Part shown: positions 48,570-59,520 of the stretch, one piece after another
How positions within the stretch are numbered: the stretch's first letter is position 1
Layout of the letters: each line of letters begins with the position of its first letter
Assembly: GCF_000143415.4 (NCBI RefSeq)
Contig: NW_003314319.1
Span: forward strand, 258,115 to 322,114
Reading direction: 5' to 3'
DNA length: 64,000 nt
Source: Selaginella moellendorffii
Lineage: Eukaryota > Plantae > Lycopodiophyta
Translations under genes and position numbers: made by a program
The notes under the pieces: generated by a model
Told to the model about the DNA's origin: nothing
Databases searched by the model: none
What the model saw: the letters and a program-made list of their open reading frames with translations, nothing else

Positions 48570-50956
48570 ATCTTGCTTTCATGGGCTCTTATCTGGGGAG
48601 GATGACTTAGGCACATTGCTAAGTGGGGGGATGCCCCCAGAGACATGGTCAACAAGTCGTAAGATTAAAAGGAGATGTTTGATATGGGTAGTGAACTTCA
48701 TTTATAGGTTGTGGAGTTATAAGGAACCAACTCCCCAAGGTGTTGTAGGTTAAAGGATCCCTAAAACCACAATCTAAATGATAAAGAGTTCATAAAATGA
48801 GACCGAGTTTGAGATCAAGTTCAAGACCGAGTTCAAAACGGAGTCCAAGACTAAGTCCAAGACCGAGTCTGAAACCGAGTCTAAAGCTGAGTCCAAGACC
48901 AAGTCTGAAACCGAGTATGAGACCGAGTTCAAGACTAAGTTTTACATTGGGTCTGAGATTGAGTCCGAGATTGAGTCTAAAGTCAAGTCCAAGATCAAGT
49001 CCAAAATTGAGTATAATAAGGATAGTGAGATTTAAGAACTAATCTTGAAGGAACACTCTAGTGGTGCTTCTAAACCGACTTGAGGTTGGGATTGGGGGTT
49101 AGGGGCTTTAGGTGGGAGTGAGCATGGACTTGAATAATGCCAAAAAAGCCACCCAAGGAAGTGCTTAAGAGCAACTCTCACTTTGGTGCTGTGGAATGGT
49201 GCCCCACTTGAGTATTATGAAGTTTATTGGTCATTGCTCCTTCCTAAGAGTCTAGGCCTTCACTAATGGGGGAGTAAAGGTACCCATACCAGGCTATTAG
49301 ACTACAATATTTCACCTCATGGTCCCAAAGTAAGAGATGCACCCAAAGCTTGGGATTTAAAAGGTCCCATGATGAGGTTTTGTTGTACCAAGGGATGTTA
49401 AGAACCTAAAAGGTTTGTGTGTTTGGCTACTTGTGTCTATAGAGGATGTAACTGAACCTTAAATCTAATTTAACATGAGGAGGGGAATTTGGAGAGAATT
49501 TAGAAATTTATGGATGGATAGGTAACATTCCGTTGCTTATACAATGAGTAGCTAAAACCAAGTAAAATTAAGTAGGACCAAATAGGAGTTGGTACAATAG
49601 AAAGGAACCTTGCAACGAAGAAAGAACTTCCAAACAGTAGCAATATCACTATTACCGAAGATTATACATTCCTCCTAAGTTTATTGCACTATGGGATTCA
49701 GGATTGTACATCTTTAGGGGCTTTTTATATCTCTAGGAAACTATAGGTGCCATATAGATAGAGATCAAGTGAAGGCAGCAGTGTACCTCCACTAATCTCA
49801 TGATCAACTCAAGTCCCTCACATCAGTAGATACAATCACATAGGAGAGATGAGGTTGGGGACTATAGATAATGTGTGAAGTTCACCACCATTATAAATTG
49901 GGAGCATGCATTTATCCCTATTGATCCCTCCTTCATCACCACCCCTCTATATTGTAGCGCACCTTATCTCTCTCCACTTAAACTAACTGGAAAAGGGGCA
50001 ATTGCTTAATAAAAGAACCCTTAGTGGCTATTTTATCCTCATTTATCCCCTAATGTTCCAAGGATCCACGGTGACAGTATATCCAAATCTCATCCCATGA
50101 TGCATTCACCCCCCCTTCAGAGATGTCAATGTTCTCATTGACTATTGACTAATAACCCTTACTGAGCCAAGGGAAACCAACACCTCCATTTCTGCACTGA
50201 ATTTACCAACCCTTCACCTCCATTTCCGCACTGAATTTACCAACCCTTTTATTGTGTAGACTAGCTATTTCATGTGAGGCAATTAGTCATCCATCCGTAC
50301 CGCAATCCCACGGTGGATACCTTCGTCCATGGATACTCCACACAAGAGGAAGGATATACGCATAGATGCTCAATACGTACAATTTCAAATTTAGGGGTAG
50401 GAATATACATTCACCCGTACCACAATCCCATGGTGGATACCTTCGTCCGTGGATACTCTATGCAAGAGGAAGGATGTACGCATGGATGCCCAATACATAT
50501 GATTTCAAATTTAGGGGTAGGAATATACCTTGCTCAAGGGTATATTATATTTTTTAAGTAGCCACTAATCAATGGGAATCAAACCCGTGCCATTTGCTCT
50601 GATACCAACTATAGTGCACCTTATCTCTCCCCTTAAGCCAATTGGAAAAGGGGCAATTGTTTAATGAGAGAGCCCTTAGTGGCTATTTTATCCCCATTTA
50701 TCCCCTAAGGTTCCAAGAATCCATAGTGACAGTATATCCAAATCTCATCCCATGATCACATGCACTACACTTATGCTCTTTCCAAGTTTTGAGCATATCA
50801 AAACCAAACCTCTAGTTGTTTAGAAAATAAATATGAAAAGCCTCATTCGACAATAGGTGGGAACCTTGGCAAAGGAATTTAACTAAAACCAAGATAGTGG
50901 TGGTTGGATAGATAATGTAAACTAGCAAATTAAAAAAGAAAAATTTCTGGCTTACA
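48570..50956 (+). mobile_element. 3' UTR, PPT and interrupted 3' LTR of another chromovirus copy in opposite orientation
   Basis: 48580-48717 is the reverse complement of about 517-655; LTR 48718-49612 resumes at about 50850 and ends CTTACA at 50956. Confidence 0.85.
49953..50769 (-). mobile_element. TRIM (non-autonomous LTR element) with ~160-bp LTRs and internal tandem repeats
   Basis: LTRs 49953-50108 and 50610-50769, PBS TGGTATCAGAGC at 50596-50607, C-run PPT after 50108, two ~120-bp and two 34-bp internal repeats; TSD not clean. Confidence 0.88.
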
Positions 50957-50999
50957 ATTGGCTTGTGAAGTGCTTTTAACAACTCCAAAACCACCATGC

Positions 51000-51800
51000 A
51001 TCAATTTTGGATGGTAGCCATCTTGCTCTTTTGTACTTCTTGAATTTGCCAATCACTTCTCGTGGGGATTGCAAATTTTTTTAACTAAACTTCCACTAAT
51101 ATTATAGATTTTGCATAAAAAAGACTATTCCATCAAGATTCAATAGCATGGCTGAAAGGAATCTTGGCCATGTTGAAGGTGCCATATTGACCTTATGCTC
51201 CTCCAAAGCATGGCAAGAATCCTCAATTATCACTTCTAAAAGGAGGTTTCCCTTAATGGGAAGATAAAAAGATTGGTTGCCACTAGCTCTTTATGTTGCC
51301 TAGGGAAAATTTGCTCTTTCCTGACTTGTTAGCTCAAAACTCCAAAACATAGCCACCACCCCTTTGTGAATGCAATCTTTCATATTTAACCTTTAAAAAA
51401 CATCCAATGTTTGGGGTGGTGACAAAAGGAAGGATTAATGGAATAAGAGTTCAATTCTATGCAACTCATATTCATGCCACTCACTCTATAAATATGTACT
51501 CTCAATTTTTAGTGGTAGTGAATTTTGTGCTTTATCCATAGTCCCCAACCTCGTCTTTCCCATGTGATTGCACCTACCAATGTGAGGGATTTTAGTCAAT
51601 TGTGAAATCAGTGAAGGTACACTACTCTTTCTTGATCTCCATCTATATAAAAAGCCCTAAATATGTACCACCACCCTTTTGTGCATTAGAGATGTTATTA
51701 TTGGTCTTTTCCTTAAGCACACTTAATAATGTTAGTCCAACTCCAGGCTTTGCAAAAGATTTACCAGATCCTAAATTAGATCCACCAATTGCCATTTTCA
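51000..51800 (-). mobile_element. Decayed retroelement (gag-like) remnant; related inverted copy at about 49700-49900
   Basis: Reverse complement of 51540-51640 matches 49760-49865 (CAATCACAT...GAGGTTGGGGACTA); gag identity is an inference. Confidence 0.45.
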
Positions 51801-52611
51801 TGCATTCAATTCTTCAAGAAGATCCTGTAATAATATCAAGTTAAAAGATTAGCAAAAACAAATTGCACTCTTAAAGCTAGTTTGCTCCCCACCTGCAAGA
51901 ATTGTCATACAATTCCTCTACCAAGAAAGCACACATCAAAATCATCACTCAAATTATGTGGCACATAATATCTAACATGCTAGTTTGGCAATGCTTTGTC
52001 AATTTCATGCTGATACAGCTTGGTCACTCTTTATTTGCCCTCACAACACAAAACAAGTGTTTGTGCATGATGTAGCCTTGCAACACACTACATGGGACCT
52101 CACTCAGGACATTAATAAAAACACAGAACTCACACAGAACAAATGTGAGTGTATTTCAACTCAAGATGCTCACAAATAACAAAACACTCCTTACTTTAAA
52201 GCACACTCCAAGAAATGCTAGTAAACACAAAATCCCCAAGTGAGGCTCAGCCTAACCCTCGCTCCCCATTGTTTCCCACTTTTATTTTCCAGTTCTGAGA
52301 TTCTCAGGATCTTGAAATCCCTTGCACGAACTGTAACTGCGACACTGTGCCACTTGTTTGATCATTTATGAGTTTGTCCGGTACAATCTCATTCATTTTT
52401 CTTTAGTAGAGTGTAAACTCTACAAAGCATGAGAAGAAATCTCAGGAATATGGAAAGATTTGTAGAGTAAGTGAAATTTAAAATGGAAGATGTGATCAAC
52501 TTTCTTCGTTTGATATTATTTTTATAGTTTGGGCTCTTTGGAGCTTTCGAATCGATTCAACATCAATACCGCAAAAGTTGTGTGGGATCTGCCATTTCAA
52601 TAAGTGGTGAG

Positions 52612-52933
52612 GTGAGAAAGCAGAGCCTGCTACAATTGATCACGCTTGCTCTGCTGATCCTCAAAGCCTCTATTACATGCTCTGACGTTGAGATCTTTAG
52701 GTGAGCTTTTGAAATTCTTATTTAACTGCCGTGAACATGGGAATGCAACGTGGTGGGCGCGCAACACCTGAGAGTTACAAACCTACAACCGCAGCGCAGA
52801 CTCGAATTGCTCCAGGATGATAAATGGCATAGAATTCAAAGGCGTGAGTTTTGATGAACAGGGTGTTTTCAAGACTACTAGATGGTATGGATACCAAAAC
52901 TGGGTCATTATGGGCAACTATGTCAAGTTTACA
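52612..52933 (+). pseudogene. Decayed paralogue of the small secreted protein gene at 59032-59411
   Basis: ATG changed to GTG, TGA at 52769-52771, deletions; upstream sequence also homologous. Confidence 0.88.
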
Positions 52934-53075
52934 CATTGGGTGGAAGAGTTTGGAGAGCATGGTTTTGACTAGCTTAAAGCTTGAAGAGGCTGATACATTG
53001 TTATCACTTCTAGCTCTCTATTTGGAATATAACATTTAAGTTGAATGTGAGCTTTGTTGGTGGGAGAACAAGTAA

Positions 53076-55664
53076 TTATATGATTTGCAGGCAGCTTATC
53101 ACCGCATCTGCGATGAGACGCCGGAGCACTGGATCGCTTGTCTTGATAATGGTTTCACTGCCATTGAGCTCAATAGAAGCACTAGTTTGGAAGGTCACGG
53201 ATATGACAGGAACTTTGGATCCATCGGGTTGCTCCGCAAAGCTCTGCTGGATGTCCACCAGGCCCTTCTCCCTCAGAGCTCTCAACAGAGCGTCCACGTC
53301 GGGTGTGCCACAGAATCTTTGGGGCGTTTGTATCATTCTCGACACTCTCGGCATTTCCAGGTAGAAGTTCCCGTCGTAGAAGTGCATCTCTGCAGAGAGC
53401 CGAGCCAAGGCTGCATTGTTTCCGGTTCGAGTTTGCTTGGGCTTGATCCGGGTGGCTAAGTCCGCTGATAGTTCCATGTTGAGCTCTTCCTCCAAGCTCG
53501 GGATCTTTAGTGGAGCTCTGTGCACGTAGAACAATATTTTTGTGTCACAATCCGACGTCACCACGGATTTCAAGCGTTCTGGCACCTGGAGCAAAGAATG
53601 TAAAAGAAGGAACAATGTCATCAATCTAATCTACTCACCACTGCAAATTTGGGTTGCAAGCGATCTATCAAGGAGGACAAAGCTCCTCGTGACCTGCAAA
53701 GATCTGCCGTTAAGCGAAGACAATGGTTTTGTTTTGTAATTTATTTACCTCGCGCTAGTGGCTAGGGGAAAATGTTTTACTTGTATGGACAATGGCTTGA
53801 ATGGGAGTAAAAACCTCTCTACATCAATATCTGGCTGAAAGAAGAAACCAGAGATTAGTACAAAGTGAAAGAGCTCTACCAGTTATATTTTTATTCCTTA
53901 CTTCTGTCAGTATGAGCAAGTTACTCGAATGCTGGCGCCAACGATTTAGTATATGTACAGACGGTCCCATTCGAAGGCTTACATGGGAAGCCAGTATCAC
54001 GCAGGGACCAGACTCCCTACAAAGAATTTCTAAGTTTGACAGAAGAACACAACGAAAGACTTACACAACTTCTGGCGACAGGCTTGGAAAGTGAGAGAGC
54101 TTTCCCTCCTTTAGAAGCTCGACGTGTCCAAACAATGACTCCCCGTTATATAGCTGAAGGAGATGAATAGATGAGAGTTCACTGTAAGGAGCATCAATAC
54201 CTTCTCTTGCCGTGACGATGAGAGCCACTCCGGAACAGTGTTAGTAAAAGCCAGGAATTCCTGAGCACTCGGCGATACGTAGAAAATCTTTCCCGAGCTG
54301 TCACACGCTTGTCAAAACAAACTGAAACAAAACCAAGATATGCTTACACTTTTGCACAAGAAACTTCTTGAGAGATCGTCTCGATGAGCTCGAGGACTGT
54401 GTCTGAAACACTGGTGGGTATCAACACCGAGCCTCCCTTGCTTAAAGCATCTGCGGCAGCGTTTGCGACTTGCGCTAGCAAGGATCTCTGCTGAGGCTCC
54501 CGTTTCTCACTGAGTACGCTGTTGGCCATCCGTGGCTTGGCGTTGTGCGAAGTGATGAATTCCACACGAGCATTTACCCATGGCCGAGTCGTAAGTCTAC
54601 TGCGGGGTTCAGCTTCAGTATCCATCTCGAGTTTCTCCACAGAAGAAGTTGGCTGTTTGGCCGAAACAAGGAGAACTTGGCTTCCATCCAAAGAAGTCAA
54701 ATCCTGGCTCGCACAACTAGCTGCGGCCGCTGCTACATCGCAAGACGAAACGTATGTCACGCTCGAGCAAGGTCCTTTAATCACCCAGTTCGAAGCACCA
54801 ATGCCTTGGCCGGAGCTATAAGGTGTCAAGACCACACACCCATCAATGGGGGCCTCTTCACCATAACGAAGAGTTTGGATTCTTTCCATGCAGCCAAGCA
54901 CGTCTTCTGCACTGCACAGAAAGAGCGTTTTAAATCTGGGAGGAAAGAAAACCAATGCAAAGGTGGTCACCTGTAAAGCTTGTGCCAGTTTAAGATGCCT
55001 GAGTTGTGCTCCCCGAGAAGACAATCTTTGAGAGCCTCCGGAACTTCACACTGCGTGAACTCCGGATGGTTCTCAAGAGAGCTTGCTCCATAGAGTTTTA
55101 GAAAGTCGCGGTGGGAAGAAACAAGCTCCTGCATCAAAAGCTTCCCAACAGTTGCTGTTGGATACGTTGCAAAGATCTGGGAAGAAGAAAGAAAGGAGGA
55201 ACTGTAAGAAACCAAACCAGAACGACGAACCTTTGCGGTGAAATCTGGATTGCGAGTGAGAAATGGTAGAGCGAGCATGGATTCTGGTCTCGAGATCACC
55301 ACCGCATTGATCAGAGCCACATCCAAAACGCTCAAGTCGGCACTTTGGTACCATGGCTCGGCATCAATCACCACACCGTCGCCGGCTCTCCTGAAAGGAG
55401 CCTTGACGACCAGCTCGCTTGAGTCCCCTTTCTTCGGCTTCTTGCGCCTCGCATTCTCCGAGAGCGCCTCCTCTGTCGGGAGAAAGAGCGAAAGACTGGA
55501 CAAATCGAGAGGGCACTCGAGGAGAAGCTGCAAATCGCAAATCTCGAGCAGATTGCTGTCGACGGCGGCACCACTGGATGGCCTCTGCAGCGAAATCTAC
55601 AGGAGAAGAAAGACATCTCGATCCACTGAGCTCTAGACAACGATCCATCGCTTACCAGGCGCAT
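53076..55664 (-). CDS. INTS9: Integrator complex subunit 9 (metallo-beta-lactamase/beta-CASP), multi-exon
   Basis: MRL|intron start, LLECPLDLS, MLALPFLT, IFATYPT..VGKLLMQEL, PYSSG.GIGASNWVI, GGSVLIP, LAFTNTVPEWL. Confidence 0.9.
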
Positions 55665-55931
55665 TCCCGACAATAAACCCTAAAATGTCCGAATATTCGA
55701 TATACCCGAATATTTTATGAAATATGCTTTCGTTACCGCAAAAACAGGGTTTTGAAGAAACTCAAGAACAAGCTCTCCTGTTGTTCGCAAGCTGGAACAA
55801 CCTTGGATACATTTCATGAGGGATGAGAAGATTGCATGGTAGGCCTGAGTGTGTATGGGTAAAGTGTGCTGCTAGCAAAAAGACTTCAAAGCATTTAGAA
55901 AAGTATGTTTGATTGTGTACAGCTTATGTGA

Positions 55932-58601
55932 TCAGCGGCGAGGCTTAGATATATGGTTGATGATCCAATTGATTTGCTGCAGGCGTTGCTTCCAGTCTAC
56001 AAAAACCACCAAATGGATTGTACCCAAGAAACCCAGAAGAGCGCCAAGCAAGAAGCCTTTCATGGACACATTCTCGGAGAGCCAAGACGTCTCACGGCCA
56101 GCTTGAGTAGAAGTAGAAGTGTTGGAACAGGGTTGCAACGGATAAGATCCTCCACAAAGATTGTTTCCCTCGAAAGAACTGGGGCCGAACTTGGTGTAGA
56201 AGAGCTCTGATGCCAAAACCCTTCCACTGAGATGGTTGTGAGAAACGTTGAAACTTCCAAGCTGGCTCAAGTCACTGATCTGGGCCGGGATGGTTCCCTG
56301 GAGCTTGTTGCTCGACAAGTCGAGAGACTCGAGCTTGACGAGCCTGGTCAATGCCAGGGGGATACTGCCAGTCAGCCCATTGAACGAAAGGTTCAAGTAC
56401 TTCATGCCCACAAGCAGACCAATATCGTCCGGGATCCCGCCCTCAAGCAAGTTTGACGATAAGTCAAACAAGGTCAAACCGTTGATATACTGGGCGAAAG
56501 GAAGCCTCGAGCCCTTGATGATCATCTCAAACCGCATGCCGCCGGGGCATTCTGGGCAAGCCAGGCCAGGGATGTTGTGCCATCCTTCGGGATCGTCAGG
56601 TCTGGAATTCACGTCCTTGAAGGAGATCAACTCACCTATGCTGCCGGGGATGTTGCCAGTCAACCGGTTCTGGGACAGGTCAACAACCTTGAGCTGCGGG
56701 AGGCTGGACCAAATGCAGCTGGGAATGGACCCGTGGAGCTGATTGTACGAGAATGACAACAGAGTCAATGCAGTCCACCCGCAGATCGATTCTGGAATCA
56801 TCATGGAGAACCTGTTATCCCGGAAGTTGGCAATCCTGATGTTGCTGGTGTTGGAACTGAGGACTAGATCTCTTTCGAACTCGTTATGGGAAAGATCCAA
56901 GTGAACCAGACTGTGGATCTGGCTGAAATCCATGTCTATTTTTCCAAGCTGGTTCCTTGCCACCATGAGAATGGAGAGGCTGGAGCAATTGCCCAGAGAG
57001 GCAGGAAGGCTGCCAACCAGAAGATTTTGTGACAAGTCCAAGTAGTAGAGCTGTGAAGCATTGGCGCCCAGGCTAGAAGGTATCTCTCCTGAGATCTGGT
57101 TTCCCGAGAGATCCAGCGTCCACAGCGAGCTTGAGTTTCCAAGGCAAGATGGAATGCTCCCTGTGAGTGAGTTGAAGGACAAATCGAGCTTGCTAATGCT
57201 CGCCAGGTTGCAAGCTTGTGGGAGAGAGCCCCAGAGGTTATTTCTCGCTAAGTCCAAAGTGCCAAGGTTCGCCATGTTGAAATATTCCAGCGGTATGGTC
57301 CCCACCAACCTGTTGGTCGAAATAAAAAAGTTACTAAGCAGCTCAAGCTTGGAAATTTCGGGAAGAAGCTGGCCAGTGAAGTTGTTCACGCCCATGTCAA
57401 TGCGGCTCATCTTGATGCACAATGGCAAGGAAACAGGGATTTCCCCATCCAGCGTGTTGAAGGCCACGTCAAAGTTTGTCAAAGCGCTCAAATTTCGACC
57501 TAGTTCTGATGGAATTACTCCGGTGAGCCTGTTCCTCGAAAGATCCAGCTTTGTGACCTGTGAGCAGTGTAGCACAGATTCGGGGATCTCTCCTGTTAAG
57601 TTGTTGGTGCTCAGAATAATGGTTTCCAGGACACAGTGGTCTCCAAATTCTGGGATGCCACCTGTGAGATTGTTGTTCCGGAGGGAGATGAACTTCAGAG
57701 CTGGCAAGTAGCTGAAGAATTGCGATGGAATGCTGCCTGTTATCTGATTGTAGCCTAGTTCCAAAACTTCCATACGACCCTGGTTGTTCTCGGGAGAAAT
57801 CTCCTGAAACTCAGAGCTAAATGATTCCAAGTTGTTCGCATGCAAGTGCAAACCAACAAGACTCTTGCTCACCAGGAGAAACGTAGGAATTTCTCCTTCG
57901 AGGTCATTCCCTTCAAGGTTCAGCTCTTCCAAACTAGAGAGATTTGCAAAGCCCCTTGGTATGGAACCATTGAGAGAGTTGTAACTGAGATCCAGGAGCG
58001 TGAGATTGCGAAGCTGTCCCAAGAAGCTTGGAAGCTGTCCACTGAGGCGATTGCAACAGCAGGAAAGCTTCTCAAGCCTGGAGTACCGCGCTAGGCTCGA
58101 GGGAATCTCACCACCAAGTAAGTTCCCATCAAGAAATAGGCTTTGCAGCATGGAGAGTTGGCCCAGAGACTCCGGAATCTTTCCGTTTAGATTGTTGAAC
58201 GTGAGATCTAGGGACTGTAGCCTGGTGCAGTTACCCAAGGTCGATGGAATCCCCCCCGACAAATAGTTGGACGACAGATTGAGCAGCTCCAGAAACTCGA
58301 GGGAACCGAGAGAGGATGATATTTGCCCCTTCAAAGGAATATTGTAAAGAGCAAGGGATACCACCCGGCCTTGTGGATTGCAAGCTATTCCTGTCCAGTT
58401 ACACAAGCTTGTGCTACTCACGTCCCAATTCGCTAGAGGGTCTGGAAGCACATCCAAGATCCATGGTGGAGAAAATGCCTTGACACCTCGCTTGAACTCG
58501 AGAAGAGCACTGGCCTCGAGAGTAGATGACTGAGATGATTGAGATTGACCACCCTGGAACACAGTTAAGAGGAAGCACAAACAATAGAGAAGGGCCGCCA
58601 T
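55932..58601 (-). CDS. LRR receptor-like protein (RLP), 889 aa, no kinase
   Basis: Signal peptide, LRRNT (W...C.W.GI.C), many LxxLxLxxNxLxGxIP repeats, island domain, SFEGNNLCG, TM and short tail. Confidence 0.96.
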   Translation of the reverse strand: MAALLYCLCFLLTVFQGGQSQSSQSSTLEASALLEFKRGVKAFSPPWILDVLPDPLANWDVSSTSLCNWTGIACNPQGRVVSLALYNIPLKGQISSSLGSLEFLELLNLSSNYLSGGIPSTLGNCTRLQSLDLTFNNLNGKIPESLGQLSMLQSLFLDGNLLGGEIPSSLARYSRLEKLSCCCNRLSGQLPSFLGQLRNLTLLDLSYNSLNGSIPRGFANLSSLEELNLEGNDLEGEIPTFLLVSKSLVGLHLHANNLESFSSEFQEISPENNQGRMEVLELGYNQITGSIPSQFFSYLPALKFISLRNNNLTGGIPEFGDHCVLETIILSTNNLTGEIPESVLHCSQVTKLDLSRNRLTGVIPSELGRNLSALTNFDVAFNTLDGEIPVSLPLCIKMSRIDMGVNNFTGQLLPEISKLELLSNFFISTNRLVGTIPLEYFNMANLGTLDLARNNLWGSLPQACNLASISKLDLSFNSLTGSIPSCLGNSSSLWTLDLSGNQISGEIPSSLGANASQLYYLDLSQNLLVGSLPASLGNCSSLSILMVARNQLGKIDMDFSQIHSLVHLDLSHNEFERDLVLSSNTSNIRIANFRDNRFSMMIPESICGWTALTLLSFSYNQLHGSIPSCIWSSLPQLKVVDLSQNRLTGNIPGSIGELISFKDVNSRPDDPEGWHNIPGLACPECPGGMRFEMIIKGSRLPFAQYINGLTLFDLSSNLLEGGIPDDIGLLVGMKYLNLSFNGLTGSIPLALTRLVKLESLDLSSNKLQGTIPAQISDLSQLGSFNVSHNHLSGRVLASELFYTKFGPSSFEGNNLCGGSYPLQPCSNTSTSTQAGRETSWLSENVSMKGFLLGALLGFLGTIHLVVFVDWKQRLQQINWIINHISKPRR

Positions 58602-58648
58602 TCTCGTAAAGCGCTAGAACTCTAGTTAGAAACAATGAAAACCCAGTC

Positions 58649-58824
58649 GCCGTGTTGACTAAGTAGAGTTAAAGCCCTGTCCGTGCATACTTCATTTTCT
58701 CTCTTGTATCACTGTTATCAATCAATTCATGTCCTTCCTAGCACCTGCCTTGATTGATAACAGTGATACACGAGAGAAAATGGTCTGTAACGACATGCGT
58801 TTCTCTCTACTTAGTCAACACGGC
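58649..58824. repeat. Nested inverted repeat (hairpin) between divergent genes
   Basis: Outer arms 58649-58668 / 58805-58824 perfect 20 bp; inner arms 58693-58725 / 58750-58782 match 32 of 33; 24-nt loop. Confidence 0.9.
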
Positions 58825-59031
58825 CTTTCAAAAAGACTGACTTTGATCAATCAATGCATGTCCTTTCCAAAAGACTGACTTTGACAGACTTGCTGTTTGT
58901 ATCAGTTTCTACTATTATCAACGCGCTTTGGACATAGTTTTCGAATCGATTCAGCATCAATAGCACTGTTCACTACAAACAACATTGTTCTAGGATCTGC
59001 CCCAGTTCGACAGGTGAGAAGGTTTTGCAGT

Positions 59032-59411
59032 ATGAGAAATCAGCGCCTGCTACAATTGATCACACTAGCTCTTCTCATCCTCCCAAACTCAAGTATATAA
59101 TTCCTCTATTGCTTGCTCTCATGTTGATATCTCCAGGCGAGGACGATTGGGGCATTCCGCTTCTCAAATTCCTATTCAACTGCCGTGAACATGGGAATGC
59201 GATTGTGTGGAGGGCGGGCAACAGCTGGGAGGTGCAAACTTACAACCGCAGCGCAGCCTCAAATTGCTCCAGGGTGATAAACGGCGTGGAATTCATAGCC
59301 GTGAGCTTTGATGGAGAGGGTGTTTTCAAGACCACAGGATGGTATGGGTACCAAAACTGGGTTATGACGGGTCATTTTAACAAAGTGGGCAATTATGTCC
59401 AGTTTGCATAA
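59032..59411 (+). CDS. 111-aa putative secreted protein; join(59032-59092, 59137-59411)
   Basis: Signal-like MRNQRLLQLITLALLIL; a 44-nt GT-AG intron joins it in frame to EDDWGIP...GEGVFKTTGWYGYQNWVMTGHFNKVGNYVQFA. Confidence 0.65.
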
Positions 59412-59520
59412 TTATAAGAAAATTATCTGATATATGATTAACAAAGTTATTTATCTATTCGGTCAATGAAAAAGTTGACTTTTAAAAGCCTTTTGGTCAA
59501 GAACCCTAATTTTGTGAGAA

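Noticed and set aside
51957-52343. Possible LTR (TGTGGCA...TGCGACA)
   Set aside because: No PBS, TSD or second copy in the window
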